Under the pieces are notes generated by a model. The model had not been told where the DNA came from. It searched no databases and saw only the letters and a program-made list of their open reading frames with translations. Below, one piece after another: positions 19,415 through 29,062 of a stretch of DNA of 64,000 nt. Within the stretch, counting starts at the first letter, position 1; every line of letters starts with the position of its first letter. The stretch lies in the IMG/VR virus record IMGVR_UViG_3300032007_000002. One strand, 5' to 3'. The position numbers and the translations under genes are program-made. The DNA comes from a virus (taxonomy: Duplodnaviria; Heunggongvirae; Uroviricota; Caudoviricetes).

Positions 19415-20077
19415 TTACCCGTGATTGCGGGCGTGTTCCTGTCTTTCACGGATCTTGCGTTCCGCGGTTTCCTTCGCGACACGCTCTTCGTATTTCTTCT
19501 TTGCTTCGAGCCGTTCGGCAAGCGCCCGTTCCAGCTTTTCCTGGTAGAGCGCGGGCAGCTTCTTGGAGTCCATAGTGGCGCCGAGACCTTCCTGGACCTG
19601 TGACCACACGGGATATTCGTCCGGGTTGCCCACGCATGCGGTCAGCCAGATGCTGGGGGCGTCGCTCGCCGTGTTGTAGATGTCCGCCGAACAGTGAAGC
19701 GCGAGGACGCCCGCGACCGGGACCTTGCCTGCCGCCATGTGCTTGAACGGGAGATACATTTCGAGCTTCGGGACGACGCGTTCGGCTTCCTGCTTTACGA
19801 CCATTTTCTCGACAGACACTCCCGGGATTTCGGGAATGCGGCGGGCGTAGTCCAGGAATTTTCGGATATACTTGGTTGCGGTATGCTTGGTCGCCGACAC
19901 GCGCTGGTCGAACAGCTCGTTGAACTTGGCGATGCTGTCGTCACGGATCGCGCCGTATTCGCTCTTGCCGTCTTCGGTAAGCAGCTCCAGCTTTTCCCGC
20001 TTCATCTTGGCGGTGACCTTCTTCATCTGGGCCAGCTGTTCCTTGAACTCGACCATGTAGGGTTTATTGTTGCTCAT
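19415..20077 (-). CDS. hypothetical protein
   Basis: 220 aa, GGAGG SD. Confidence 0.7.
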   Translation of the reverse strand: MSNNKPYMVEFKEQLAQMKKVTAKMKREKLELLTEDGKSEYGAIRDDSIAKFNELFDQRVSATKHTATKYIRKFLDYARRIPEIPGVSVEKMVVKQEAERVVPKLEMYLPFKHMAAGKVPVAGVLALHCSADIYNTASDAPSIWLTACVGNPDEYPVWSQVQEGLGATMDSKKLPALYQEKLERALAERLEAKKKYEERVAKETAERKIRERQEHARNHG

Positions 20078-20279
20078 GATTGACCTCCGCCATTGCCCGC
20101 TCGGTCATCAGCTTGATTTCGAGCACGGGCTCCTTGGTAATGATTACGCTGCCGGCAGCGTCGAACGTCCTGATGACCGAGGGCGCGTCGGCATTGTCGG
20201 ACGCGTTTTTGAGTTTCGGTTTCTGGCCGAAGCGGCGCTTGATGAGTTTCCAGTTTAACATGCGGTCCCAGAGGCTCAT
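20064..20279 (-). CDS. hypothetical protein
   Basis: start MSLWD overlaps upstream stop (TAATG). Confidence 0.55.
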   Translation of the reverse strand: MSLWDRMLNWKLIKRRFGQKPKLKNASDNADAPSVIRTFDAAGSVIITKEPVLEIKLMTERAMAEVNHEQQ

Positions 20280-20902
20280 TAGTTGCCCCCCTTGGAATAT
20301 TCCTTCCACGCGCATTTGAGCGATTTGTTTTGCAGTACCAGCTGGCGGGCAAACCTGATAAGGTCGTTCATAACGAGACTGTCGTGGTTTGCGGGATGCT
20401 CGAAAATCCACTTGCTCAGCTGTTCAAATCGTTCGGCGGGAAGGAGGGTTTCGATGTCCTTCTTGAGGAGTTCTTCCGGGGACAGCTGGACTGCCTCGTG
20501 ATGGCCCTTCTTGCCCATTTCGACGATGCCGGTCTCGCGGAGGATGATGCTGCCTTCCGGGGTCACCACGCATCCGCCATCATTGACAGTCGCGATTGCG
20601 ATGTCATAGGGCTTGCCCTTGGCGGGGACGGTAAATTCCACGTTTCCGTCGAGAGAGGCCGGATCCAGGCTTCCGATGTACTCGCGGAGGGTCTTGCGGG
20701 TAATCTGTGCGGGAGCTTTCACGCTCGTGTCCGTGTGGGTGCGAAGGACAAGCAGTTTCACCGATCCGCCTTCATACGGGATGACGTAGTGGACGGGATA
20801 TGTCATGCCGGTGCGGGCCCTTACGTAAATGGGCATGTCCTGGTTGCCGTTCACATCGAAGAGTTCCGGGTCAACAATTTTGTAAAGTTCGCTGGTTTGC
20901 AT
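20279..20902 (-). CDS. hypothetical protein
   Basis: AAGGAG SD, promoter motif at 20925. Confidence 0.7.
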   Translation of the reverse strand: MQTSELYKIVDPELFDVNGNQDMPIYVRARTGMTYPVHYVIPYEGGSVKLLVLRTHTDTSVKAPAQITRKTLREYIGSLDPASLDGNVEFTVPAKGKPYDIAIATVNDGGCVVTPEGSIILRETGIVEMGKKGHHEAVQLSPEELLKKDIETLLPAERFEQLSKWIFEHPANHDSLVMNDLIRFARQLVLQNKSLKCAWKEYSKGGN

Positions 20903-21051
20903 ACTTTGACTCCTTTGTTGTCTGAAATATAGCAAAAACGGTGGACACGCTTATCCACCGTTCAGTAAAAATGAAAGTATCGCCCAATGGTGCCCGGAAT
21001 GGAGTTCACGAATACACCAAAGGGGCGGTGTATAGGGGAGACCTACCGGGA

Positions 21052-21438
21052 CTACCGGGACGGCTTCTCGGCCTTGACCTTGCCGACAATGTACTTGGAC
21101 CGGAACTCCGCTGCATCGCTGTAGCGCTTGACGGCATTGTAGAAGTAGAAGACCTGCATGATGGGGTCGGTTACCTTCACGTCCAGCGTATTGCCGAAAA
21201 TTGCCCCATGCGACTCGGAGTCGTTGCTCACGATCTCTGTCCTGAACAGTCGCGGGTGCTGCGGTTCGTCCATGTCCCTGTAGTTGTACAGGTGGCCGAC
21301 TAATCTGTCGGTCGTGATGGTGATTTCGTCCCCGTTGACGATTTCGACGCCCTTCATCGCGCCGCAGTTGATGAGGTCGGTGATGCGGTTGCGTTCCGTC
21401 GGTGTGAACTTGATATATCTCAGATTGCGTTTTGCCAT
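21052..21438 (-). CDS. hypothetical protein
   Basis: 128 aa in operon. Confidence 0.65.
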   Translation of the reverse strand: MAKRNLRYIKFTPTERNRITDLINCGAMKGVEIVNGDEITITTDRLVGHLYNYRDMDEPQHPRLFRTEIVSNDSESHGAIFGNTLDVKVTDPIMQVFYFYNAVKRYSDAAEFRSKYIVGKVKAEKPSR

Positions 21439-21439
21439 G

Positions 21440-21982
21440 TTATTCCTTTTTATCGAGGCTGATTATGGCGCAAACAAGGTTCTTGCCATTGTTGGTGGTT
21501 TTGTGGGTGATCTTGAATTTCACGTCCGTGCCGATTGCGTCGAGCGTTTCCTGGTCCTGGACAACCACGCGTTCGAGCTGGTTCGGGCAGGATTCCTGGA
21601 CCAGCTTGCGCAGCTTCGGCATGCCGGGGATGATACAGTCGCGCCACAGCATGAGCAGGGTATTTGCAGTGACCGGCTTGGCGATGGGAGCCTTCGGAAT
21701 TCCGTCGAACTGGCTGAACATGACTAGGCTGTCGTCGTAAAGGAAAGCAGTGCGCGGTTCCGTGGTCGCTTTCTTCCGTGCCTCCATGAACTTATCCTGG
21801 GCACGTTTCTTGCATAGCTCGGGGTTGTGGCTGTCCTGGACTTTGATTAGGTTGCGAAACTCTTTTGCATACGTCGTGCACTTGGCAGTCTGGTCTCTGG
21901 CGACGGCGTCTACAACGCCGTAGAGGGCGTCGAGCAGTTCGCTGTCAACTATGAGGACGGTATCGCGATGCTTGTATTCCAT
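21440..21982 (-). CDS. hypothetical protein
   Basis: 180 aa in operon. Confidence 0.65.
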   Translation of the reverse strand: MEYKHRDTVLIVDSELLDALYGVVDAVARDQTAKCTTYAKEFRNLIKVQDSHNPELCKKRAQDKFMEARKKATTEPRTAFLYDDSLVMFSQFDGIPKAPIAKPVTANTLLMLWRDCIIPGMPKLRKLVQESCPNQLERVVVQDQETLDAIGTDVKFKITHKTTNNGKNLVCAIISLDKKE

Positions 21983-21983
21983 G

Positions 21984-22304
21984 CTATACCACCATGATGC
22001 GCAGTACGTAGGTCGTCTGCTTTTCCTTGACGCGGTCGCCCACGCGGAAGGTGGTCTCGCCTTCGGCCAGGGCCGCGCAGACGTTCGCGACGGTGACTTC
22101 GTCGCCGGAGAGGACCTTGCCCAGCTTCAGGCAGCGGACGGTGGTCACGTTTCTCGGGTTGCCGTCCTCGCGGACGCCGGACTGGAACGATGCGAACGTG
22201 TCGGACACGGCTTCCACGATGCCGAGTTCGTCTTCCGCGTCGCCTTCCCAAATCTTTTCGACCGGCTTGTCTCCTTCGAGGATCAATACTGTCTTGTTTG
22301 CCAT
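21984..22304 (-). CDS. hypothetical protein
   Basis: AAGGAGG SD, promoter motif at 22325. Confidence 0.7.
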   Translation of the reverse strand: MANKTVLILEGDKPVEKIWEGDAEDELGIVEAVSDTFASFQSGVREDGNPRNVTTVRCLKLGKVLSGDEVTVANVCAALAEGETTFRVGDRVKEKQTTYVLRIMVV

Positions 22305-22324
22305 GTGGCCTCCTTTGATGTTTG

Positions 22325-22361
22325 AAATATAGCAAAAACGGCGGACGCCTGTCCGCCGTTT
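22325..22361 (-). terminator. terminator hairpin fused to the TTTGCTATATTT motif
   Basis: AAACGGCGGACA-ggcg-TCCGCCGTTTTTGCTATATTT; same arrangement at ~19365-19398 and ~20925-20962. Confidence 0.7.
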
Positions 22362-22364
22362 AGC

Positions 22365-23789
22365 TTACTCCCGTAGTCCCTTGTACTGGACGAAGTCCGA
22401 AAGCGCCTTTATCTTGCCGGGAAGCGCCTTGATCCCGGCGATGACTTCGTGTGCCGACGATAGCCACCTCTGCGTGTTGTTGTCCTTGTACCAGTAGCTG
22501 TGGCGGGATGACGCCGGCTTGATCATCATGTCGCGGGTGGCGTCGTTCTCCCTGGCCGTCTGGAAGTCGTCGTATACGCCCCGCATTGTCTGGTATTTGG
22601 CAATCCTCGGGACATATATCGTGTATGACTCTTTCTCGATGCCGGGACACCCGGAGAAATCGACCTGCACGGTAGCCTCTGCCTTCCTCCACTTCACGCG
22701 CCCGCCGTCAACCTTCGGAAAGCGGTAGCTGAACTTGCAGTTGAGCATGCCGTTCTCGTAGGAGATTGTCGCGCCGGGGAGCATGGCTTCCAGGTCGATT
22801 TCCCTTGCCTTCAGGCGTTCGAGGATGTAGGCCTTGCGTTCGGCGTTGTGCTTGGTTTGCTTTGCATAGCGGTCTCGCTCCAGGCTTTCCTGTTCGGGGG
22901 AAAGCGGAAGATAGACCGGCCCTTCATCGGTCCACTTTACGGCCTTGTGCCAGTCTCTCGGCGCGTCGTTCTCCTTGGCGACCTCGTCGTAGTAGTCGTC
23001 CAGCCGTCGTGTCGCTGCCTCGATTTCCCTGGCGACCATTTCCGGGCTGTCGCACTCGACCACCAGGGCGGTGTTGTCGCGCCCGAACTTGCTGAACATT
23101 TCCGGCGCGGTTACCGCATCGGGGAACATCCGTTTGAGTATCTCGTATTCGTTGTACGAGTTGCGGAAGTCCGGCCCGATTACGATCCAGAGTTTCTTCG
23201 TGTCGTATGATGTCACCAGCGACACGTAGAAATAGGTGAGGTTGCTCGGGAGGCGGAAGTCCCGGAGTTCCTTGTCGTAGATGCGGAGTTTCCAGTGGTG
23301 GCGTTCCAGGCTGTAGGGATTCTGGTCCCACGGCCACGCGACCGTATGGCGGACAATCTCCGGCTTGTGAATGAACATCGGGATGGTCTTCAGGCAGTGC
23401 TTGATGAAGTCCGCGTGGACGGTGTCCCATTCCTCCGGCCGCATGACGAGACGGCCGTCCCTGGCCTCCTCCGTGTCCAGCTTGCAGACGGAATGGAGCC
23501 AGGTGACCATGGCTGTGAGCGGGTCCAGGTAGCCGCTGTTCGTTTCCGAGTCGTAAATCTTGCCGTCCATCGTGGCGAGGTAGCGGTTATGGTAGGACTT
23601 GGCCTTGAATACCGTCACCTGGACGGTTGCAAGGCGCCCGTCGATTTCGCCGTCGAGGAATACGTCGCAGCTGCGGTCGCCCACTTCCGCCCGGGTGACT
23701 TTCAGTTCGGGAAGGCGGTCGATTTCCGCCTGCATCTGCTGGAGAAACGGTCCCGCCTTTACGAGCTCGCTTCCGGTATAGACTTTCAT
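22365..23789 (-). CDS. hypothetical protein
   Basis: 474-aa ORF. Confidence 0.75.
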   Translation of the reverse strand: MKVYTGSELVKAGPFLQQMQAEIDRLPELKVTRAEVGDRSCDVFLDGEIDGRLATVQVTVFKAKSYHNRYLATMDGKIYDSETNSGYLDPLTAMVTWLHSVCKLDTEEARDGRLVMRPEEWDTVHADFIKHCLKTIPMFIHKPEIVRHTVAWPWDQNPYSLERHHWKLRIYDKELRDFRLPSNLTYFYVSLVTSYDTKKLWIVIGPDFRNSYNEYEILKRMFPDAVTAPEMFSKFGRDNTALVVECDSPEMVAREIEAATRRLDDYYDEVAKENDAPRDWHKAVKWTDEGPVYLPLSPEQESLERDRYAKQTKHNAERKAYILERLKAREIDLEAMLPGATISYENGMLNCKFSYRFPKVDGGRVKWRKAEATVQVDFSGCPGIEKESYTIYVPRIAKYQTMRGVYDDFQTARENDATRDMMIKPASSRHSYWYKDNNTQRWLSSAHEVIAGIKALPGKIKALSDFVQYKGLRE

Positions 23790-23793
23790 TCGC

Positions 23794-24135
23794 TTATTCC
23801 TTGATGAGGAGGCTCTCCGCGATCGTGCTCGGGATGAGGAACTTGTCGTCGATGAAGCTGCCGATGCCGCGCACGATCTTGTCCGTGATTACGAGCCTTA
23901 CCGGCTTGCCCTTGATATCGGACCACCTGCTCACGCCGATTGTCTCCATGAGGGGGATGACGAACTCGGCGGGGAGGCCGAATTGGCTTCCTCCGCGGTC
24001 CGCGATCTTGAACGTGAAACGGACCTGCGGGCCGTCCTCGAGGTCGATGTCGGCCTCGGTGATGAGCGCGTTGGGGAAGGTTGCCCCGCGCTTGAAGGCG
24101 CACTGGCGGGCCGATGTTACGATGTCTGGTTTCAT
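23794..24135 (-). CDS. hypothetical protein, paralogous to the C-terminus of 25267-25881
   Basis: AAGGAGA SD; shared MExxGxxxWxD...GIG...DKFLxPS. Confidence 0.7.
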   Translation of the reverse strand: MKPDIVTSARQCAFKRGATFPNALITEADIDLEDGPQVRFTFKIADRGGSQFGLPAEFVIPLMETIGVSRWSDIKGKPVRLVITDKIVRGIGSFIDDKFLIPSTIAESLLIKE

Positions 24136-24146
24136 GTGTGTTCTCC

Positions 24147-25001
24147 TTATTTTCCTTCGATGTATTTCTTGAGCGCCTGCGCTTCCGGGTGCTTCTGTTC
24201 TGCCTTTTTCAGGTAGTTCATCGTGTGCAGGGCGAGGCACTTGCAGAACCTGGCCGATACCCCGTGGTGCGACTGGAGACTTTCGGACTGTTCCTCGAAT
24301 GCCCTGCCGGTGATGCCGTGGCACGACTGTCTCTTCTGCTCGAAGCCGCGCCATAAGCGGTCGTACATGTTGCAGCACTCGATGTTCGTTTCGGAGCGGC
24401 CGATAATCATGCCGTCCTTTTCCAGGTTGCCGCCATAGATGTCCTTCGGCTCCGACCATCCGCAGGGGATGACGACACAGGAGTGCGCCTTGCCTTCCGT
24501 GTCGAACGCGAGGCCGTTCACTTCGGAGAAGCGGATCGATTCCGGCTTGATGCGGTAGGCGTTGTCGTCGTCCCAGTCCGCCTTTTCCAGCGTCTTCGCC
24601 TTGAAGCGGACGGAGAAGTTCTCGCCCCACCCGTCCGAAATCTGGCCGTCCAGGTCCCTGATAAGGTTGTCGATGTAGGGTTTCAGCTCGGCGAACGTGC
24701 GGATATCCTCGTTGATTGTCGCCGTGAAGCAGACATACAGGTCCCCGTAGCGCATGGTGACGTGCTGGGTGATTTCGATAATCTTTTCCTGGAGTTCCTT
24801 TGGCGTGTGGTGGAGGCAGGTCGCCAGGGAGAGCTGCGTGTCGAAGTCGAAGTTTGCCATCTTCGTTTCGAGGAGCTCGATAAGTTTCAGTTTCTTCTCG
24901 GCGGTGACGTCGATGTATTCCAGGTCGGCCACCCTGTTGATGAAGAGCGGGGAAAAGAAACGGATTTGCGTCTGGTAGAAAGATCTTCCAATTCTTCCCA
25001 T
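24147..25001 (-). CDS. hypothetical protein
   Basis: 284 aa, GQISDGWGENF motif. Confidence 0.7.
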   Translation of the reverse strand: MGRIGRSFYQTQIRFFSPLFINRVADLEYIDVTAEKKLKLIELLETKMANFDFDTQLSLATCLHHTPKELQEKIIEITQHVTMRYGDLYVCFTATINEDIRTFAELKPYIDNLIRDLDGQISDGWGENFSVRFKAKTLEKADWDDDNAYRIKPESIRFSEVNGLAFDTEGKAHSCVVIPCGWSEPKDIYGGNLEKDGMIIGRSETNIECCNMYDRLWRGFEQKRQSCHGITGRAFEEQSESLQSHHGVSARFCKCLALHTMNYLKKAEQKHPEAQALKKYIEGK

Positions 25002-25029
25002 TTGGTCATGTCCTCATAAAAATGTTTCG

Positions 25030-25248
25030 TTACTTGACTTCCACGCACTGGTAGTTGAAAAACACTGACCGTTCACGGCTGTTGCCGTTTGCCTTTGTAA
25101 GAAAAATTTCCGTTCCGGCATCCTTGATGTACTGTTCGCCGGCCCTTATGCACGTCGCCTTGGAGCTGAACCCGGGCACGGTTACCGAAGTGGCTGCATC
25201 GCTGGATTGCGGCATCCACCAAAATGCTAAAATGACTAAAGTCCACAT
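25030..25248 (-). CDS. small secreted/membrane hypothetical protein
   Basis: hydrophobic N-terminus, FSSKATC motif, GGAGG SD. Confidence 0.6.
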   Translation of the reverse strand: MWTLVILAFWWMPQSSDAATSVTVPGFSSKATCIRAGEQYIKDAGTEIFLTKANGNSRERSVFFNYQCVEVK

Positions 25249-25266
25249 ATACGGATTGCCTCCCTG

Positions 25267-25881
25267 TTATGCCTTCTTCATGCTGCTGGGGACGAGGAAC
25301 TTGTCTTCCGTGGCGTGGCCGATTCCGTAGACGAAGCCGTCCACGGACACCGCGCGGATGCGGACGCGGCCCATGTCGGTCCAGTGTTCGGCGCCCACGG
25401 CTTCCATTACCGGGAACAGCATGTCCGACCAGAGACGGTAGACCACGTCGCGGTGGGTGTCGAGGGTGAGTTTGAGGTTGACGGTCTTCTCGCTGAAGTC
25501 GAACGCCGAGATGGATCCGTCGATGAGCTCGAACCCCTCCGCGATGTCCGCCAGCTTGCAGACGGGGGAGCTGGCCTTGCCCTGGAGGTCCACGAGCATG
25601 TACTCGACCGGGGTGTTGTCGTCAAGGTTGTCGAAGGCCTCGACGGACGACGAGTTCAGCTTGAACGCGTCCACGATGTCCTTCGCCGTCGGGTGTTCGC
25701 CCGTGCCGAGGCCGCGGTCTTCCGAGCCGTTGGCGCCCCAGGCCCACATGCCGGTGAAGTAGGCACGCTTGCATTCCCCGGCGTAGTCCTTTTCCACCGC
25801 GTCGATGAAGTCCTGGTTGATGGCGTAGCCGGTCCAGAGGACTTCCGGCTTGCCCGTGCTTTTCTTGATGAGTGCCTTCAT
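25267..25881 (-). CDS. hypothetical protein
   Basis: AAGGA SD before MKALIKK; promoter motif at 25928. Confidence 0.7.
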   Translation of the reverse strand: MKALIKKSTGKPEVLWTGYAINQDFIDAVEKDYAGECKRAYFTGMWAWGANGSEDRGLGTGEHPTAKDIVDAFKLNSSSVEAFDNLDDNTPVEYMLVDLQGKASSPVCKLADIAEGFELIDGSISAFDFSEKTVNLKLTLDTHRDVVYRLWSDMLFPVMEAVGAEHWTDMGRVRIRAVSVDGFVYGIGHATEDKFLVPSSMKKA

Positions 25882-25941
25882 GTTAAAATTCCTTTTCTCC
25901 GGGAGGACCACTCCTCCCTTTGGTTTGAAATATAGCAAAAA

Positions 25942-26523
25942 CTATTTGACGGCCTCGATGGACACGATCGCCTCCTTGACGAACCGGTCCGCGTTCTTGT
26001 TTTCCAGGTAGTCCTTCACCATCGGCCGGAGGAGGTCCGGGTTGAAGTCGACGAGCCGGAGGATGAACGTGTTGAACTCCTGCTCGCTCATCTTCCCCCT
26101 CCGCCGCTTCTTGGTCGCCTCGTCCATGATGCGCCGGACCGCGTAGGACGGGTCCTTGACGTTCCCCGTCCACCGGGAGACGTCCCCGAGCTTGATCGTC
26201 CCGAAGCGTCCCGTGTGGAACGCCTTCAGCTCCCCGAGCACGACCATGTCCCCGCCGATTAAGTATGTGCCGCCGGTGCCCGGCCCCATCGGCCGCAGGG
26301 CCGCGTTGAAGCAGAGGGCGGTACCGGTGCTCAGCACCTTCCCCTTGAGGTCCTTCCCGAACTGCTCCATGTCGGCCTCGTGGATCCGGTCAATTATGGC
26401 GTCGCGCTGTTCGTCCAGCTTCCGCATTTCGTCTTCCAGCAGGTTGGCCTCGCCGAGCATTTCGGCCCTGGCCTTCCTGTATTCCTCGTCGCCCGATACG
26501 GCGTAGTCAATCTCTTTCAGCAT
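25942..26523 (-). CDS. hypothetical protein
   Basis: 193 aa. Confidence 0.7.
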   Translation of the reverse strand: MLKEIDYAVSGDEEYRKARAEMLGEANLLEDEMRKLDEQRDAIIDRIHEADMEQFGKDLKGKVLSTGTALCFNAALRPMGPGTGGTYLIGGDMVVLGELKAFHTGRFGTIKLGDVSRWTGNVKDPSYAVRRIMDEATKKRRRGKMSEQEFNTFILRLVDFNPDLLRPMVKDYLENKNADRFVKEAIVSIEAVK

Positions 26524-26524
26524 G

Positions 26525-26767
26525 TCACAGCTCCCTTGTAGATGCGATACCGAACAGCTTCTTGTACAGATGCTGCCAGTCCAGACGCCCGGCGATGCCC
26601 GTCACCGGGTCCCCGTAGGTTATCCAGTCCACCTCGGACTTGTATATGGTCGTCCCGCCGAGCGTGATGTGGCTGTCCGTGTGCAGGACGGCGTCCGGGT
26701 TGACGAAGCGGGCCATCCGCCCGTCCCCCTTCCCGTCCTTGAACTTGATGAGTATGGTCTCGTTCAT
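26525..26767 (-). CDS. hypothetical protein
   Basis: MNETIL start overlapping upstream stop. Confidence 0.55.
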   Translation of the reverse strand: MNETILIKFKDGKGDGRMARFVNPDAVLHTDSHITLGGTTIYKSEVDWITYGDPVTGIAGRLDWQHLYKKLFGIASTREL

Positions 26768-27633
26768 CACTTCCCGCCCTTCCATCCCGGGAACCCGGCC
26801 ATGTCGAATACGCGGGCCGTCGAGAAGTACGCCACCTCGTTGGCGCATGCCTTCCCCGTCTCCGGGTTCATCCATGAGTCGTTCCCGCGGTAGATGGACT
26901 CGCACGCCTTGGACGCGTTTCTGAACACCGTGAGGTAGGTCTCCCCTTCCGAGAGGTTCCTGCGGCTCTCCTCCGTGTTCGGGATGAAGAACGTGCTGAA
27001 GCTGCCCGGGTAGACTTCCCCTGTGGCTTCCGCGATGATGCCGTCCGCGCCCTTCTCCGCGAAGTGCTCCGCGAGCCTCTCCCCGTCCGCCCGGCATATA
27101 CTCGCCGCGATCGCCTCGGAGAGGAGGGACTTCACCCCGTCCATCATCTCCTCCGCCGTCTTCCCGGCAGCGGCCAGACCCGAGAGCCGTGCGCAGATTG
27201 TCCCGGCGAACTCCCTGATGGCTTCCTTCGCCTTCTCCGGCTTGTCTATCCTGACGCTCCCGTCCGTGAGGCCCTTGAAGAAGTCCGACGCGAATGCGAG
27301 GATCTCCGGGGTCTCCTTCCCCTCGCTCGTCAGCCGCCTGTACTGGTCGAACATGTCCTTCGCGAAGTCCCGGACGGTGTCCTCCTTCGGCGTCTGCCCG
27401 TCCAGGTCCTCCAGCGCCCCGAGGAGGACTTCCCTGATGCAGTCCGGGCAGAGGTCCGGGTCCGGGGTGCTGCCCCCGTGCCAGATGTCCAGCGTGAACC
27501 TCACCTCGCAGTAGTTCGCCCTGCCCATCGCGTAGGGGAGTATCTTCGGCCACGAGTGCCTCACCTTGATGCGCTTCTCGAAGACCTTGCCGCACTTGTC
27601 GCAGCTGTATGTGGGATGGTTGATTGTCGCCAT
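26767..27633 (-). CDS. hypothetical protein with N-terminal Zn-ribbon
   Basis: CDKCG...DLCPDC. Confidence 0.7.
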   Translation of the reverse strand: MATINHPTYSCDKCGKVFEKRIKVRHSWPKILPYAMGRANYCEVRFTLDIWHGGSTPDPDLCPDCIREVLLGALEDLDGQTPKEDTVRDFAKDMFDQYRRLTSEGKETPEILAFASDFFKGLTDGSVRIDKPEKAKEAIREFAGTICARLSGLAAAGKTAEEMMDGVKSLLSEAIAASICRADGERLAEHFAEKGADGIIAEATGEVYPGSFSTFFIPNTEESRRNLSEGETYLTVFRNASKACESIYRGNDSWMNPETGKACANEVAYFSTARVFDMAGFPGWKGGK

Positions 27634-27663
27634 TGTACGTTTCCTTTTGTAAAAAATTTTTAA

Positions 27664-28401
27664 CTATGTCTCTTTGGTTGTCAGTTCGTTCCACCGCGTG
27701 ACCAGCAGCTCGGGATAGCAGGCCTCCATGCCCTCGTACATCCCCACGCTGAACGCGTCGTTCACTTCAACCAGGGCGGTCTCCCCGGTCTCCAGCACCC
27801 CCACGTCCAGGCAGTATGCGCCCGGCGCCCCGGCCTCCCCGTAGTCCCTGGCCATCTGCCCGACTACGCCCATGTCCACTTTGGCTCCCCGGTCCCCGTC
27901 ATACCAGCAGCAGCCCCGGGCTTCCCCACGGATCACCGGGACCCGGTATTCCGACACCCAGCGCACCGGCTCCGAGCAGTAGATTTCCACGCTCCCGCCC
28001 ACGGTCCCCAGCGGGGCCAGGTCGTCCATGGTGCCCACCATCCGCCCGGTGAAGCGCTTCACCCTGCGGAGGGGCTTGATGAACACCGGGGCTATCTCCC
28101 CGTCCTCCTCCACCTTCTCCCGGATGCGCTTCAGGCTGGACTGCCACACGTTCCGGTAGAGGTACTTGGAGAGGCTCGCCGGGTAGTCGTCGTGCCGGTA
28201 GTCGTACACCCCTAACTGTTTCAGCGCCGGTAGCGTCACCTGCAGTCCGCCCGCAACGAAGTCCCCGGGGAAAAGGATTATCCTCCGCTGCCGGATCTCC
28301 TTCGCGTGGAACGGGACGTAGTTCCCCTCGCCGAAGAACTCGGCAAGGCGGGCCTCCTCCCTGGCGAACGTCGAGTTGTCATTCACCTGGAGGTAGTTCA
28401 C
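27664..28401 (-). CDS. ATP-grasp protein (DUF4343/R2K-like)
   Basis: VFIKP..KRFTG, SEYRV, YCLDVG, LVEVNDAFSVG; GTG start inferred. Confidence 0.8.
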   Translation of the reverse strand: MNYLQVNDNSTFAREEARLAEFFGEGNYVPFHAKEIRQRRIILFPGDFVAGGLQVTLPALKQLGVYDYRHDDYPASLSKYLYRNVWQSSLKRIREKVEEDGEIAPVFIKPLRRVKRFTGRMVGTMDDLAPLGTVGGSVEIYCSEPVRWVSEYRVPVIRGEARGCCWYDGDRGAKVDMGVVGQMARDYGEAGAPGAYCLDVGVLETGETALVEVNDAFSVGMYEGMEACYPELLVTRWNELTTKET

Positions 28402-28703
28402 AGCATCCTCCTCTTGCCTTCCGCGACGCCCTTCATCCGTTCCACCTCCCGGTCCAGGTATTCCGACAGCCCGTTGATGGACCCGAACGCCGCCAGCGCC
28501 AGGACGCCCCCGAGGAGGTCCACCGACGCCATCATGTAGCCGACGCCCGCTCCCCCGCACATGTAGTACATCCCCGTCAGCCACGCCGACAGCTTCCTCC
28601 ACCCACGCTTCCTCGCCCGCCTTCCCGGGGCGTAGAGCGCGAGCAGCGCACAGGTGTAGATGAACTCCGACAAAAGCATCGCCCCTATTCCAGGATCCCT
28701 CAT
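28398..28703 (-). CDS. membrane protein
   Basis: several hydrophobic segments, AAGGAGG SD. Confidence 0.55.
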   Translation of the reverse strand: MRDPGIGAMLLSEFIYTCALLALYAPGRRARKRGWRKLSAWLTGMYYMCGGAGVGYMMASVDLLGGVLALAAFGSINGLSEYLDREVERMKGVAEGKRRML

Positions 28704-29062
28704 TCCAGTACCTCCTTCATTGCGCCGAAACCGGCATATACCCCGTATGGCCACGCCAGGGCCGCGCCGAGTGCCGGCCACAGGCCCCCCGCGTCGTACA
28801 TGGACCCTATCCACGCCCCCTCCGCGCAGAAACCCGCGCAGATTGCAAGCAGCCCGGCCCAACCGTGTCCCCGGAAAGGACGCCTGCACAGCCACATCCC
28901 CCAGGAATACCAGAGGAACAGCAGGAGGACCGTGACCAGCACCGTGAGCCCGTTCACCCCGGAACAGTACGCCGGGGAAAGCGCCAGCACGTCCCCGATG
29001 CCGCAGGGGCACGACTCCACCGCCGACCCCGAACTGTATGCTACCGACTGTACCGACATCAT
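28700..29062 (-). CDS. membrane protein
   Basis: several hydrophobic segments. Confidence 0.55.
   Translation of the reverse strand: MMSVQSVAYSSGSAVESCPCGIGDVLALSPAYCSGVNGLTVLVTVLLLFLWYSWGMWLCRRPFRGHGWAGLLAICAGFCAEGAWIGSMYDAGGLWPALGAALAWPYGVYAGFGAMKEVLE

Noticed and set aside
19385-19428. CCCGTGATTGC as a further element copy
   Set aside because: Mismatch in the core and no convincing second box at the expected distance
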